NCBI GenBank assembly: GCA_034530615.2
Contig: JAVRCV020000041.1
Coordinates: 1-64,000, forward strand
Source of the DNA: Aulosira sp. ZfuVER01
GTDB taxonomy: Bacteria; Cyanobacteriota; Cyanobacteriia; Cyanobacteriales; Nostocaceae
Direction of reading: 5' to 3'
DNA: 64,000 bases
A program made the translations under genes and the position numbers. Positions within the stretch are counted from its first letter, which is position 1, and every line of letters starts with the position of its first letter. Shown here in pieces: positions 1 through 10,611 of this stretch. The notes beneath the pieces are model-generated. The model did no database searches and was not told the origin of the DNA. It saw only the letters and a program-made list of their open reading frames with translations.

Positions 1-42
1 ATTGACGCTTACACTCAACAAATTTGGGCTTTACCTCCTTAA
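1..42 (+). CDS. 3' end of an unidentified gene running in from the left edge (...IDAYTQQIWALPP*)
   Basis: Frame 1 is open from base 1 to TAA at 40-42 and is followed by intergenic repeats; too short to identify. Confidence 0.35.
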   Translation: MDAYTQQIWALPP

Positions 43-273
43 GTTGACACCAATGGGCAATGCCATGCCCCTACCATCTGTCGCATTCTTTTTGCAAATT
101 TGTATAATTCACGAAATCCTAATATAAATAGATTTTTCGTAGGGGTTTAGCATTGATAAACCCTGAACCACGTATTTGCATCATTATTAAATGAATTAGT
201 AGGAGAGGGACAATAAATTCAATTCTTTCCATTTGCCTTCTGTCATTAGCCCTCTGCCTTTTTTCACTCACAA

Positions 274-2556
274 TTATTTTTGTAAAAGCGCGATCGCACA
301 ATGCATAATTTTGACTTCACTCACAATCCGTTCTAATTCTGTAGAAAGGGTAGTTTGTTCGCGCACAGCTTGTAATGTGGGAGTTACAATGTTGGGATGG
401 GCGGTAATTTCTGATATCCGCAACCTATGTAGCTGTTCAATTTCATTGTGAATTGCTTCAACATAACTATCTAGTTCTGGTAATGGTTGCGGTGACTGTT
501 GCTGTTGCAGTGCATCAGCTAAGTTCTCTAAAACTTGGATAATGGTATCAGCAAGTCGCTTGAATTCATTAAATTGATAATTGCCGCTAAATTCCCGCAA
601 ATGTTCGGCTAAAGTTGTTACTGAACTGAAAAAAGCCCGAATATAGATCGTTAGCGTCATTACAGGTTCGACTTCGCCCTGAACGTGACGGGGTTCGCTA
701 AACAATCTTTGCGCAGCCGCCTCAGCGTTGGCGTTTTCCAGTGCTGCTTGATGACGTAGTGTGCTAATAGAATCAGCAGTATTTTGTCGGGAATTGAGAT
801 AATTAGCGATAACTTGTTGGAAATAGACAAGATTTGCTCGCATTGTTTTTTCTAGTTGCGTGGGAAGTTGCTGACGTTCCCAACTAGGAAAAAGTAGATA
901 ACTACCCAGCAGCGCTAACAATCCTCCAGCTAGGCTATCAACAATCCGCAATACTCCAATCTTCCAGCCACCTGTACTAATAACGTTAAGTAACAGAATG
1001 ATGACGGGAGTCTGCAAAATGATAAATATGCTGTAGCTTAACGATCGCACTGACATCGCAGTAAACATGAGTAGCAAAATACAAACTGCGATCGCTAATG
1101 GATTTTTAATCAGTACGACTAGCGTAATACCAATAATTCCACCTAAAAAAGTACCTAAAACACGTTGTATTGTTGTCTGCGAGGTTCCACCAAAATTGGG
1201 CTTCAGTGCAACTACAGCAGTTAGCGTTACCCAATAGCCTCTGGGAAGTTGCAATACTGAGGCGACTAGTTCTGCAATGGTTGTAATTAAAGCTAAACGT
1301 AACGCATGACGAAACAAGACTGAATCAAAAGTCAGGTTATCCCGCAACGTGTCGATGATGGAAAAAGGTTCTGGTTGTGCTGGCGGAGAAATTTCTCGAC
1401 AAATATGACTGCGCCGTTTTCCCGTACTTAAATCTGAAACAATTTCAGCATCGGTATGAATTTGTTGTGTCAGCTTTGTCAGACTCGTGACAATCTTCCG
1501 CAAGTTAACTAAATCAGAATATTCATCAGTTTGAATATCGCTTGTCGGATCGACAACTTGACTACGCAGTATTTGCCATTGATGTTCTAATGCTTCAATT
1601 GTGCGATTCAAATCTCCCAGGTGAACTGAGCTTTTACCTTTGGCGATCGCTTCTGATAAAATTTGCAGCGCAATCGCCAACTCTGCCATTACTTGCGAAA
1701 TTTCTCTCTGCAACCCAGAAAATAACGGGCGTTGCGATGCGATCGCCACAAGTTCCACCACTGCCACAATAGAATTAATTATTTGGTTGGCATCTTCAAT
1801 TAAAATTAGTAGCTGATTTCCCCGTAAACTCACCGTTCTTTGTCCAGTCCAGACAGCAGCCCAGGTGTTACGGGCAGAAGTTAAATCCTGTGTCACAGTA
1901 TCCTGAGCTTGCAAAAACTGCTGTGCCCAATCTTGAAGATCCTCAGGATTTAATACTCTCTGGCTGGCCAATTCCACAAATTTACTTAATGAGAGATAAC
2001 AGTTAGCAACTGCTTGTATTGCGGGTATGTAAGGACGTATTACCCACAACCCTAAAGACAGCACCATTGCCCATATTCCACCAGCCAGACATAATAAGCA
2101 TTGCAACAGCACAGTAGATAAATCGGGAAATGAAGCAAATCTCGCCAGCGAAACAACAAACATAATCGAAATTACCAAGCTGACAGAAGCAGCTAAACTT
2201 CCGTACAGGCCTGCTAAACCTGCGATAAATATCACAATGAATGTTGTGGGAAGAGCTAACCAAAGGGTGCTGCTGACTAAGTTTGCTAACAGTAACGCTA
2301 CAGTTACCCCGATAGTTGCTGCTACCATCGCAGTGGCTTTCTGACGATAAGCTCCGCCCACATCCACCATACTCACGAACATCGCCGCCATTACTGCGAT
2401 CGCACTTGCAGCACCATGACCTGTTATAATTCCGACTGCAACCGGAACACCTAGCGCGAACAGAGTCCGAATTCCGTAAGCAAATGCTGGCTTCCCTGGT
2501 TTGAGTTGAAACTGTTGTAACAGCCAACTAAGAGAACCTCGATCTGTAGATGGCAT
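274..2556 (-). CDS. FUSC family (YccS/YhfK-like) inner-membrane protein
   Basis: 760 aa with two hydrophobic blocks; second block has RHALR...GYWVTLTAVVALKP...QRVLGTFLG, typical of FUSC proteins. Confidence 0.85.
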   Translation of the reverse strand: MPSTDRGSLSWLLQQFQLKPGKPAFAYGIRTLFALGVPVAVGIITGHGAASAIAVMAAMFVSMVDVGGAYRQKATAMVAATIGVTVALLLANLVSSTLWLALPTTFIVIFIAGLAGLYGSLAASVSLVISIMFVVSLARFASFPDLSTVLLQCLLCLAGGIWAMVLSLGLWVIRPYIPAIQAVANCYLSLSKFVELASQRVLNPEDLQDWAQQFLQAQDTVTQDLTSARNTWAAVWTGQRTVSLRGNQLLILIEDANQIINSIVAVVELVAIASQRPLFSGLQREISQVMAELAIALQILSEAIAKGKSSVHLGDLNRTIEALEHQWQILRSQVVDPTSDIQTDEYSDLVNLRKIVTSLTKLTQQIHTDAEIVSDLSTGKRRSHICREISPPAQPEPFSIIDTLRDNLTFDSVLFRHALRLALITTIAELVASVLQLPRGYWVTLTAVVALKPNFGGTSQTTIQRVLGTFLGGIIGITLVVLIKNPLAIAVCILLLMFTAMSVRSLSYSIFIILQTPVIILLLNVISTGGWKIGVLRIVDSLAGGLLALLGSYLLFPSWERQQLPTQLEKTMRANLVYFQQVIANYLNSRQNTADSISTLRHQAALENANAEAAAQRLFSEPRHVQGEVEPVMTLTIYIRAFFSSVTTLAEHLREFSGNYQFNEFKRLADTIIQVLENLADALQQQQSPQPLPELDSYVEAIHNEIEQLHRLRISEITAHPNIVTPTLQAVREQTTLSTELERIVSEVKIMHCAIALLQK

Positions 2557-2656
2557 TATTTAGGCTGGGGATTGTTTAAAAAAACTAGAGAGCGATCGCT
2601 TCTTCAAGAATTGTAACTAGATATGACTGTGCGGCGAATAGTTATTGTCAATCTCT

Positions 2657-2992
2657 CGACCTCAAAGCTTCATCATTGGACTTCCGAACACGAATTGTCG
2701 AGCAAAAAGGGCGATCGTTGAAGTTCGGAACTCGAAACTTGCTGCTTGGAACACGAATTGTCGAGTAAAAAAGGCGAGCGTTCGACTTCAAAGGCTCACC
2801 GTTGGACTTCCGAACACGAATTGTCGAGTTAAAAGGGCGAGCGTTGGACTTCCGAACACAAATTGTCGAGCAAAAAGAGCGATCGTTTGACCTCAAAGCT
2901 TCATCATTGGACTTCCGAACATGAATTGTCGATTTAAAAGGGCGATCGCTCGACTTCAAAGCCCGATCGTTCAAGTTCTGAATTCTCTAGAA
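2657..2992. repeat. Array of 16 contiguous 21-bp modules of four types (A CGACCTCAAAGCTTCATCATT, B GGACTTCCGAACACGAATTGT, C CGAGCAAAAAGGGCGATCGTT, D GAAGTTCGGAACTCGAAACTT)
   Basis: Manual parsing keeps an exact 21-bp register over 336 bp; order A B C D B' C A' B C B C A B C A'' D' (last unit weak). Confidence 0.9.
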
Positions 2993-2995
2993 CTT

Positions 2996-3256
2996 TTAAT
3001 CTTTATCAACCTCCCCACGAACACCCACTCGGATTACAGTAATCAACAAAACATCATCATAAATTTCATACACAACTCGATAACTATCTACTCTAATTCG
3101 GTAAGTATTCTCCTCACCTTTTAACTTTTTAACTCCACTAGGACGCGGTTCTGTGGCTAATGTATCTATTTTAGGTTGTATACGGTCTTGTCAATCTTGA
3201 GAGAGGTTTCTAAACATCTTTCTTGCACTAGGAGAGAACTCTACTTTGTAAGTCAC
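2996..3256 (-). pseudogene. relE: RelE/ParE-family type II toxin pseudogene with in-frame TGA at codon 22
   Basis: Manual translation MTYKVEFSPSARKMFRNLSQD*QDRIQPKIDTLATEPRPSGVKKLKGEENTYRIRVDSYRVVYEIYDDVLLITVIRVGVRGEVDKD*; stop at 3191-3193; YRIRV.YRVVY is the RelE signature. Confidence 0.85.
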
Positions 3257-3337
3257 AATTACGCCACATCCTGTTTTCTCTCTGCGGCAATCCAAAAATC
3301 TGCTGGATTGGGTGCATGATGCAATTCTCAGTCCGCT

Positions 3338-3424
3338 TCACTCAGTAAACATCTCAGCCAAGATATCAAGAACTGCCCTTTGCTCATCAGAACTAATCGT
3401 ACCGAGTAGATCCTGTAAATGCAC
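3338..3424 (-). pseudogene. C-terminal remnant resembling a MazF/PemK toxin
   Basis: Translates ...LLGTISSDEQRAVLDILAEMFTE*, like the C-terminal helix of cyanobacterial PemK/MazF; no N-terminal part present. Confidence 0.5.
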
Positions 3425-3435
3425 CCTATAACTCA

Positions 3436-4317
3436 CTAACGATTGATAAGATTACTTAAGCGCTCCTCGAATATACTACCTGCAAGAACTGCAACGTAAT
3501 CAATTGTTCCACGATAATAAGTGCGATCGTCCAGCAGTTCTACAACCTTTGTTTTCAGAAAGCTTTTGTAAATTCTAAAAACCTTGTAGTGATGCTCGCA
3601 AAGAAGCTGAACAACAGGATCGTTAATATTGCAGCCCTCGTAGCGCTCAAAAACAATGCTTCCAATCTTACCTGCTTTCAGGCAATCTTTCATCCCTTCA
3701 ACAACTTCGAGTTCATGTCCCTCAACGTCTATCTTACAGACAGCTACTTGGCAAACATCACTATCCTTGAACCAAGCATCAAAAGTAGTAACCTCAACCG
3801 CAATGCTTTCATTTACTGAGTGAGTATTATTGTCTTTTACGATCTGTGAACATCCAGGTTGTGTAGCTTCTACCGCCATCGTCAGTTTTCCAAGACAATT
3901 GGAAAGAGCTTTCGGAACTAAGGTTATACAAGAAACTTGATTTGCCTTCAAATTTTCCGTAAGACATGATTGCAACAAAGGAACTGGCTCAAAACAATAA
4001 ATATGACCTGATGAACCCACATAAGGCAGAATTTGAAGAGCCGTGTCGCCAATATTAGCTCCTATATCACAGACAACTTCCCCAGGTTGAACTAGACAAC
4101 TAATCATAAAGGTAATCCAAGGTTCAAAGTCACCGAACCAGAATAAGTTCTTAACGATATAGTCTTGTCCACTTAGATAAGCGTTATACTTGATACCATT
4201 CTTGGCTTCAAATGACCCGAAATCAATTGGTACATCGGGTAGTCTCCTCAATAAACTTTCCCGTGGTTGTTGGAATGGATAGTGTTTAGTGAATCTACGC
4301 AGAGCCGCTAGAATCAT
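3436..4317 (-). CDS. FkbM family SAM-dependent methyltransferase
   Basis: DIGANIG, CFEP and KIDVEGHE motifs. Confidence 0.9.
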   Translation of the reverse strand: MILAALRRFTKHYPFQQPRESLLRRLPDVPIDFGSFEAKNGIKYNAYLSGQDYIVKNLFWFGDFEPWITFMISCLVQPGEVVCDIGANIGDTALQILPYVGSSGHIYCFEPVPLLQSCLTENLKANQVSCITLVPKALSNCLGKLTMAVEATQPGCSQIVKDNNTHSVNESIAVEVTTFDAWFKDSDVCQVAVCKIDVEGHELEVVEGMKDCLKAGKIGSIVFERYEGCNINDPVVQLLCEHHYKVFRIYKSFLKTKVVELLDDRTYYRGTIDYVAVLAGSIFEERLSNLINR

Positions 4318-4663
4318 AAATTAACTCCCAATTACATTTATCTGAGCATCCTCTCTTGAAGGAAGGACACTATAAAAACTTTACCTTTTAGATCCTTGAG
4401 CCAAACTTGTAAAATATCTGACCTTGTATACGCATCTTAACTAAAAGCCAGAGGCACACAACTATATATAAAATTTTCTCAATCTCTTCTTGCTTGTGCC
4501 CAAATCACTCAGCAATAATTTCTGGGAAAAAAACTGATCTGGTTGGAGGAGAAACCAGGATAATGAAGCATAATTAACCTTTATAGCTTTGAGTTACCAG
4601 CCACAAGCAAGAAGCTAAAATGCTGAATAATCAAAGCTTTCGATTCAACTCCACAAATTGACT

Positions 4664-5686
4664 ATGAATTCAGAACCAGTCAAAAGTTCTCTTAATATTT
4701 CGCCAGCGATTCGCGTGGGAGTACTGGGTTTCGGCGGACTCGGACAAGCAGCCGCCAAGGTACTTGCTGGCAAACGGGAAATGATTTTAGTAGCAGTGGC
4801 AGATCAAAAAGGCTTCGCTTATGCTGCTGAAGGTTTAAATGTTCAAGAATGCATTGCAACCTACCAATCTCAAGGTTCGGTAGGTTATTTAGAACCGGTT
4901 GGTACTTTAACAAATCACAGTATTCAAGATTTAATCGATACCACACAACCTGTAGATGGGTATTTTCTGGCTTTACCCAATTTACCCAACGACTTTATTC
5001 CCTCTGTTGCCAAGCAGTTTATCGCTGCTGGTTGGCAGGGGGTGCTGGTGGATGCGATTAAGCGCACCAGTGCAGTAGAACAATTACTGGCGATGAAAGA
5101 GGAACTACAAGCCGCCGGCATTACATACATGACAGGATGTGGCGCTACACCTGGATTGTTAACAGCCGCGGCAGCTTTAGCCGCCCAAAGCTACGCCGAA
5201 ATTCATAAAGTTGAAATTACCTTTGGTGTAGGAATTGCTAACTGGGAAGCTTACCGCGCCACTGTTCGGGAAGACATCGGTCATATGCCTGGTTATTCAG
5301 TAGAAGCTGCTAGGGCGATGAGTGACGCCGAAGTAGAAGCACTACTAGATAAAACTAATGGCGTGCTTACCTTAGAGAATATGGAACACGCCGATGATGT
5401 GATGCTAGAGTTTGCCGGAATATGCGATCGCGATCGCGTCACTGTTGGTGGTGTAGTGGATACGCGCAATCCTAAAAAGCCCCTAAGTACAAACGTTAAG
5501 GTTACAGGACGTACCTTTGAAGGCAAAATTTCTACTCATACCTTTACTTTAGGCGATGAAACGAGCATGGCAGCCAATGTCTGCGGCCCAGCCTTTGGTT
5601 ATCTCAAAGCCGGTCGGCAATTATACCAACGCGGCATTTATGGAATTTTGACTGCTGCTGAAATTATGCCGCAATTTGTTAAGTAA
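4664..5686 (+). CDS. bioU: BioU, saccharopine-dehydrogenase-like biotin biosynthesis enzyme
   Basis: GFGGLGQ Rossmann start, DAIKRT lysine motif, [22 protein letters not shown] and [10 protein letters not shown] match cyanobacterial BioU as recalled; ATG at 4664 chosen over TTG 4658. Confidence 0.85.
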   Translation: MNSEPVKSSLNISPAIRVGVLGFGGLGQAAAKVLAGKREMILVAVADQKGFAYAAEGLNVQECIATYQSQGSVGYLEPVGTLTNHSIQDLIDTTQPVDGYFLALPNLPNDFIPSVAKQFIAAGWQGVLVDAIKRTSAVEQLLAMKEELQAAGITYMTGCGATPGLLTAAAALAAQSYAEIHKVEITFGVGIANWEAYRATVREDIGHMPGYSVEAARAMSDAEVEALLDKTNGVLTLENMEHADDVMLEFAGICDRDRVTVGGVVDTRNPKKPLSTNVKVTGRTFEGKISTHTFTLGDETSMAANVCGPAFGYLKAGRQLYQRGIYGILTAAEIMPQFVK

Positions 5687-5801
5687 TCTCTTGTTTGCTT
5701 GAATACAAATCAATTGCGTATTATTTAGGTTAACCTCTTCGGCGGAGCCGTTAGCGAAATTTTAAGTAGGGCATCTGCCCTACTTAAAGTATTTACTTAT
5801 T

Positions 5802-6746
5802 TTATGCAGCGTGTTGCCGATACCACTCAATGGTATTCTTTAGTCCCTCTCGGAAGCTGACTTGGGCAGTGAAATTAAAAGCTTGCTTTGCCCGTTCAGT
5901 ATCTAGACAACGGCGAGGTTGACCATTAGGCTTATCTGTTTCCCAGACAATTTCCCCGTCAAACTCCATCAGTTCGCAAATCAGAGCGATCAAATCCCGA
6001 ATTGAGATTTCATACCCCGTTCCTAAGTTCACTGGTTCGGAATCATTGTAGAATTGAGTGCCCATAACAATCCCTCTAGCAGCATCTTCAGAATAGAGGA
6101 ACTCACGGGTAGGACTGCCATCACCCCAAACAGGAAGTTGCTTTTCGCCTTTAAGTTGGGCTTCGTGAACTTTGCGAATTAACGCCGGAATCACATGGGA
6201 GCTGCTGGGGTCAAAGTTATCTTCTGGCCCGTATAAATTGACGGGTAAGAGGTAAATACCGTTAAAGTTATACTGCTGGCGATAAGCTTGCAGTTGAACT
6301 AACAGTGCTTTTTTCGCAACTCCGTAGGGAGCATTGGTTTCTTCTGGATAGCCATTCCACAGGTCATCCTCTTTGAAGGGCACCGGGGTAAATTTGGGAT
6401 AAGCGCAGATAGTGCCAACACAGACGAATTTTTCTACTCCAGCTTGATACGCAGCATGAATTAGCTGGGTTCCCATGATCAAGTTGTCGTAGAACAACTC
6501 TGCTGGTTTTTCACGGTTGAGACCGATACCACCGACATGAGCTGCTAAGTGGATGACAATATCTTGCTGGTCAACAACACGTTGGTTATTTTCCCAAACG
6601 CGCAGATCGCACTCACGCGATCGCGGTACTGTAATTTTATCTATATCAGCCCCTGCTTGACACAACTGATCGATCGCCTGACGACCTAGGAAACCCGATC
6701 CACCAGTAACGAGAATCCGTTTATTTTTTAGTTCTAAGGCAGTCAT
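5802..6746 (-). CDS. fcl: GDP-L-fucose synthase
   Basis: [30 protein letters not shown]; directly downstream of gmd; ATG at 6746. Confidence 0.95.
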   Translation of the reverse strand: MTALELKNKRILVTGGSGFLGRQAIDQLCQAGADIDKITVPRSRECDLRVWENNQRVVDQQDIVIHLAAHVGGIGLNREKPAELFYDNLIMGTQLIHAAYQAGVEKFVCVGTICAYPKFTPVPFKEDDLWNGYPEETNAPYGVAKKALLVQLQAYRQQYNFNGIYLLPVNLYGPEDNFDPSSSHVIPALIRKVHEAQLKGEKQLPVWGDGSPTREFLYSEDAARGIVMGTQFYNDSEPVNLGTGYEISIRDLIALICELMEFDGEIVWETDKPNGQPRRCLDTERAKQAFNFTAQVSFREGLKNTIEWYRQHAA

Positions 6747-6769
6747 ATTTTTATCCTCAGCAGTGTGAA

Positions 6770-7849
6770 TCAAAAGTGGAGAGCGCCCAGTTGTTGCCGG
6801 ACAGTCGCAATATCATTCAATACAGATGAACCACTTCCATTCGCAGCAGTAACACCAAGTGCTTGTAGATCTGCTTCCACCATTAGGGCTACTAGTCCTT
6901 CAAAGCTGATCGATGGTGTCCAACCTAACTTTTGGCGTGCCTTAGTAGCATCACCAATTAATAACTCTACTTCAGCAGGGCGAAGATAGCGCTCATCAAA
7001 CTCTACATAATCTTGCCAGTGGAGATTCACATGAGTAAATGCTAACTCCAGAAACTCCCGTACAGAATGGGTTTCACCAGTGGCAATTACGTAATCATCT
7101 GGTTGCTCTTGCTGCAACATTAGCCACATGGCTCTAACATAATCCTTGGCATAGCCCCAGTCTCGCTGGGCATCTAGATTGCCCATATAAAGCTTTTTCT
7201 GTTTACCAGCCACAATTTGCGCTACAGCCCTGGTAATTTTGCGCGTTACAAAAGTTTCTCCACGTCGGGGAGATTCATGGTTGAAAAGTATACCATTGCA
7301 AGCAAATAACGAGTAAGATTCACGGTAATTTACCGTCTGCCAATGAGCATAAACTTTTGCACAAGCATAGGGACTACGGGGATAAAAGGGCGTTGTCTCA
7401 CTTTGAGGTACTGCTTGCACTAAACCATACATCTCTGAAGAACCGGCTTGATAGAAGCGCACCTGAATTCCAGTACGCTGCTGGTAATCCCTAATTGCTT
7501 CTAACAAACGTAGTGTTCCCATTCCCACTGCATCTACTGTGTATTCTGGTGAATCAAAACTCACTCTTACATGAGATTGCGCACCTAGATTGTAGATTTC
7601 TTGGGGCTGTACTTCTTCTAAAATCCGGCGCAGTGTCGTACCATCTGTCAAATCGCCATAGTGCAAAAATAACCGCACACCCTCTTTGTGAGGATCTTCA
7701 TACATATGATCGATGCGGTCTGTGTTAAAGGTAGAAGTTCGGCGGATAATACCATGAACCTCGTAACCTTGCTCTAGCAAAAACTCACTCAGATATGAAC
7801 CATCTTGACCAGTAATACCGGTAATCAATGCTCGTTTCTGTTGCGTCAT
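6770..7849 (-). CDS. gmd: GDP-mannose 4,6-dehydratase
   Basis: [35 protein letters not shown]. Confidence 0.97.
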   Translation of the reverse strand: MTQQKRALITGITGQDGSYLSEFLLEQGYEVHGIIRRTSTFNTDRIDHMYEDPHKEGVRLFLHYGDLTDGTTLRRILEEVQPQEIYNLGAQSHVRVSFDSPEYTVDAVGMGTLRLLEAIRDYQQRTGIQVRFYQAGSSEMYGLVQAVPQSETTPFYPRSPYACAKVYAHWQTVNYRESYSLFACNGILFNHESPRRGETFVTRKITRAVAQIVAGKQKKLYMGNLDAQRDWGYAKDYVRAMWLMLQQEQPDDYVIATGETHSVREFLELAFTHVNLHWQDYVEFDERYLRPAEVELLIGDATKARQKLGWTPSISFEGLVALMVEADLQALGVTAANGSGSSVLNDIATVRQQLGALHF

Positions 7850-8328
7850 GCTTAGGGATTCCTTTGTGATTTCGGTAAAAAAAAGTTACAGCCTAACTGA
7901 TACAAGCTAGCAGTTAATGGCTAAATTGCCTAATGGGAAACCTACGAATTTTCCCTAATACCATAAATTAAAAGTAAATAAATATACGTATGTGAGCCTA
8001 TTTAATAAGTATTTTGACTTGATTAAAATCAAAATGATGAGGTTTTTCTGTGAAACTTTTATATATCTTTACTAAAATTTTATATAAAGCAGAATTGTAT
8101 TAAGTCTGGATAAATTTTCTTAATGTTTCCAAAACCTCGCTGCCAAAGCTCCTATGTCACAACCGACTTCACAGAGCGCTAGCTCCTCTTGAGCTTGGAC
8201 AGATCTAACGCAAAAATTATTAAATCTAGATGCGTATCAGCTTATTTGTTTTAATTTCTGAAAGTGGCTCAGTAATTCTTGTTGCGGGGCATTAACTGCC
8301 CCACAGAATCTACTATTTAAGTATTTTT

Positions 8329-9090
8329 TCAGTAGGCTCCGTTATTTTTGGGCATAATGACTACATCAATTGTTTTCAAGATGATCCATAAATCCAGCCA
8401 AAAAGTTCTAAATTTGACATAATGCAGGTCTATTTGAACTCTCCGAGGATAGGGAATGTCATTACGCCCAGAAACTTGCCACAACCCTGTAATTCCCGGA
8501 CGGATAGTTAAAATCCGATCGATGTGATAGCCATATTTGGGAAGTTCTTCGGCTACTAAAGGTCGCGGCCCTACAACACTCATATCCCCTTTTAAAACAT
8601 TCCAGAACTGAGGAAATTCGTCTAAGCTAGTAATTCGCAAAAACCTCCCAATTTTAGTAATTCTGGGGTCTTGTTTGAGCTTGAAGCTGCTTTCAAATTC
8701 TTGCCGCATCTGGGGGGATGTTTCCATCATTTGTACGAGAATTTCATCAGCATTGCTTACCATTGTGCGAAATTTAATACAATTAAAGGGCTTGTAGTTT
8801 TTACCTACCCTTTCTTGGACATAAAAAATCGGGCCTTCTGAGCTTAAAGCAATCAGTAAGGTCAAGATTAAGTAAACAGGGAAAAATACGATCAAAACAA
8901 ACAGGGAAAACACAATATCAAACAGTCGTTTGGCAAACTCTCCGTTTAAACCTTGAAAAGACAAACCTTGGGGTTTTACCTTAGGAGTCTTTTTCTGTTG
9001 ACCCCGTTTTAAGAAAGTACGTGCAGACGCATTAGCGTCTTGCCGTAGGCCTCGCTTGCCGGAGAGGAGTGAGCTCTGGGCAGTCATCAT
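8329..9090 (-). CDS. rfbP: Undecaprenyl-phosphate sugar phosphotransferase (priming GT, RfbP-like)
   Basis: KRLFDI, KFRTM, DPRIT, SLDEFPQ, GPRP, PGITGLWQV; AAGGAG just upstream of ATG 9090; gene order like Anabaena rfbZ-rfbP-gmd-fcl. Confidence 0.8.
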   Translation of the reverse strand: MMTAQSSLLSGKRGLRQDANASARTFLKRGQQKKTPKVKPQGLSFQGLNGEFAKRLFDIVFSLFVLIVFFPVYLILTLLIALSSEGPIFYVQERVGKNYKPFNCIKFRTMVSNADEILVQMMETSPQMRQEFESSFKLKQDPRITKIGRFLRITSLDEFPQFWNVLKGDMSVVGPRPLVAEELPKYGYHIDRILTIRPGITGLWQVSGRNDIPYPRRVQIDLHYVKFRTFWLDLWIILKTIDVVIMPKNNGAY

Positions 9091-9198
9091 ACTCCTTAAC
9101 AATCCACACCACACATAGTCCCAATCTTAAAGCTAAAAGGAGGTGCTTCTGGGTTTAAATTTCCAAAAGCTACAAAACAATTACAAAAATCTTCACCA

Positions 9199-10341
9199 TT
9201 ACTCCAAAAAAGGTGTTTTTTTGCTGCACCGATCTACAAAATTTAGATAGCGATCGCCAAAAACTTGACGAGAAAACTGGCTAGCGTGCGATCGCAAATA
9301 CTCAGGATTAAACGCATTTTGATACATTTCAAACTTTTCTACTGCTTCTACTAAAGCAGCCTCTGTTTGCGCGTTAAAGAAGATACCTGTACCCGTATCG
9401 TTACTGGAGCGAATATCTCGTACAGTTTCTAACGCGCCTCCTGCGCCATAGGCAATTACAGGCGTACCACAAGCTTGTGCTTCAACTAAGGCAATACCAA
9501 AATCTTCACAAGCTGCATAGACAAATGCCTTGGCTGTTGCCATATATTTTTTTACTACATCATCAGGTTGCCATCCCAGTATTTGGATATGAGAATTTGC
9601 TATTTTGCGAAGATATTTCATCTGTGGACCTGTACCAATTACTACCAATGGTTTTTGCAGTTGATTAAAAGCCCTGATAATTAAGGATACTTGTTTGTAA
9701 CTCACTAACCGGGAAACTATCAGATAAAAGTCTTCTTTTTCAGGTAAAAAAGGCATTGCCTCAACATCAACTGGCGGATAAATTACTTCTGCTGTGCGTC
9801 GATAGCAGCGCCAAATTCTCCGAGCTGTATGCTCTGAATTGGCAATAAAATAATCAACACGATTTGCTGATAATACATCCCATTGACGCAAACGATGCAG
9901 TAAATATCGCGTCACCCATCCCGCTACACCATTTCCCAACCGACTTTGTTGCAGGTAATCAAAAGTCAAGTCCCAAGCATAGCGCATAGGACTGTGGCAA
10001 TAACAAATATGTAATTGTTCGGGAGTAGTAATTACTCCTTTTGCTACAGCGTGAGATGAAGATAGAATTACGTCGTATTGCCGTACATCTAATTGTTCAA
10101 TGGCTAATGGCAAAAAAGGTAAGTACTTTTGGATACCATTACGGGCAGAGGGAAAATTTTGCAGGAAAGTCGTGCCAATCTGACGCTGATATAAATAGCT
10201 TTTAGGATTGCTGGATTCAAAGTCAATTAGGGCATATAAATCGGCATTTATATGATTCAGAATCTCTTGTACAACTAGTTCTGAACCGCCAGTGGCTTTA
10301 GGTGTGAGCCATTCATGAATCAGAGCATATTTCAAGGGCAC
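9199..10341 (-). CDS. rfbZ: GT4 glycosyltransferase (mannosyltransferase, RfbZ/WbaZ-like)
   Basis: HEWL..GGSE, YCHSPMRYAWD, EDFGIALVEAQACG. Confidence 0.8.
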   Translation of the reverse strand: MPLKYALIHEWLTPKATGGSELVVQEILNHINADLYALIDFESSNPKSYLYQRQIGTTFLQNFPSARNGIQKYLPFLPLAIEQLDVRQYDVILSSSHAVAKGVITTPEQLHICYCHSPMRYAWDLTFDYLQQSRLGNGVAGWVTRYLLHRLRQWDVLSANRVDYFIANSEHTARRIWRCYRRTAEVIYPPVDVEAMPFLPEKEDFYLIVSRLVSYKQVSLIIRAFNQLQKPLVVIGTGPQMKYLRKIANSHIQILGWQPDDVVKKYMATAKAFVYAACEDFGIALVEAQACGTPVIAYGAGGALETVRDIRSSNDTGTGIFFNAQTEAALVEAVEKFEMYQNAFNPEYLRSHASQFSRQVFGDRYLNFVDRCSKKTPFLE

Positions 10342-10611
10342 AGCTAACGTAAATAAGTGGAAAATACAACAAGCAAATTGTCAGGTTAACTGAAAAGTTT
10401 CCCTTTGCGATCGAGGAATGGAAAGCAACCCAGATGCCACCGAAGACGCAATTCTTCTAAAACAGGTTCCAGATGGATACTACAACCTGATAACCTCAAA
10501 CATGGGATTAAATACTGGGTATTAAGTATTAGGTATCAGTATTCGGTAGGAGCATTTTCCAGTACTTAGTTCACAATCCCTTGACAAAAACTGACATAGG
10601 AAGTAAAAATT

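Noticed and set aside
2657..2992. CRISPR array interpretation of the 21-bp array
   Set aside because: The would-be spacers are themselves repeated modules, and no cas genes or leader are present
2645..3124. ORFs 2645-2890, 2648-2974 and 2921-3124 as real genes
   Set aside because: Openness follows from the 21-bp period or from being antisense to relE; no RBS or recognisable fold. Not fully excluded
3191..3193. Programmed read-through or selenocysteine at the relE TGA
   Set aside because: No SECIS-like hairpin seen, the position is not catalytic and the antitoxin appears lost; a nonsense mutation is simpler
7974..7987. GTA-N8-TAC upstream of gmd
   Set aside because: Very AT-rich context and no TAN3T at 22-23 nt toward gmd
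8329..9090. hepC assignment
   Set aside because: Context (GT4, gmd, fcl, CSP41-like) fits the rfbZ-rfbP LPS locus, not the HEP island
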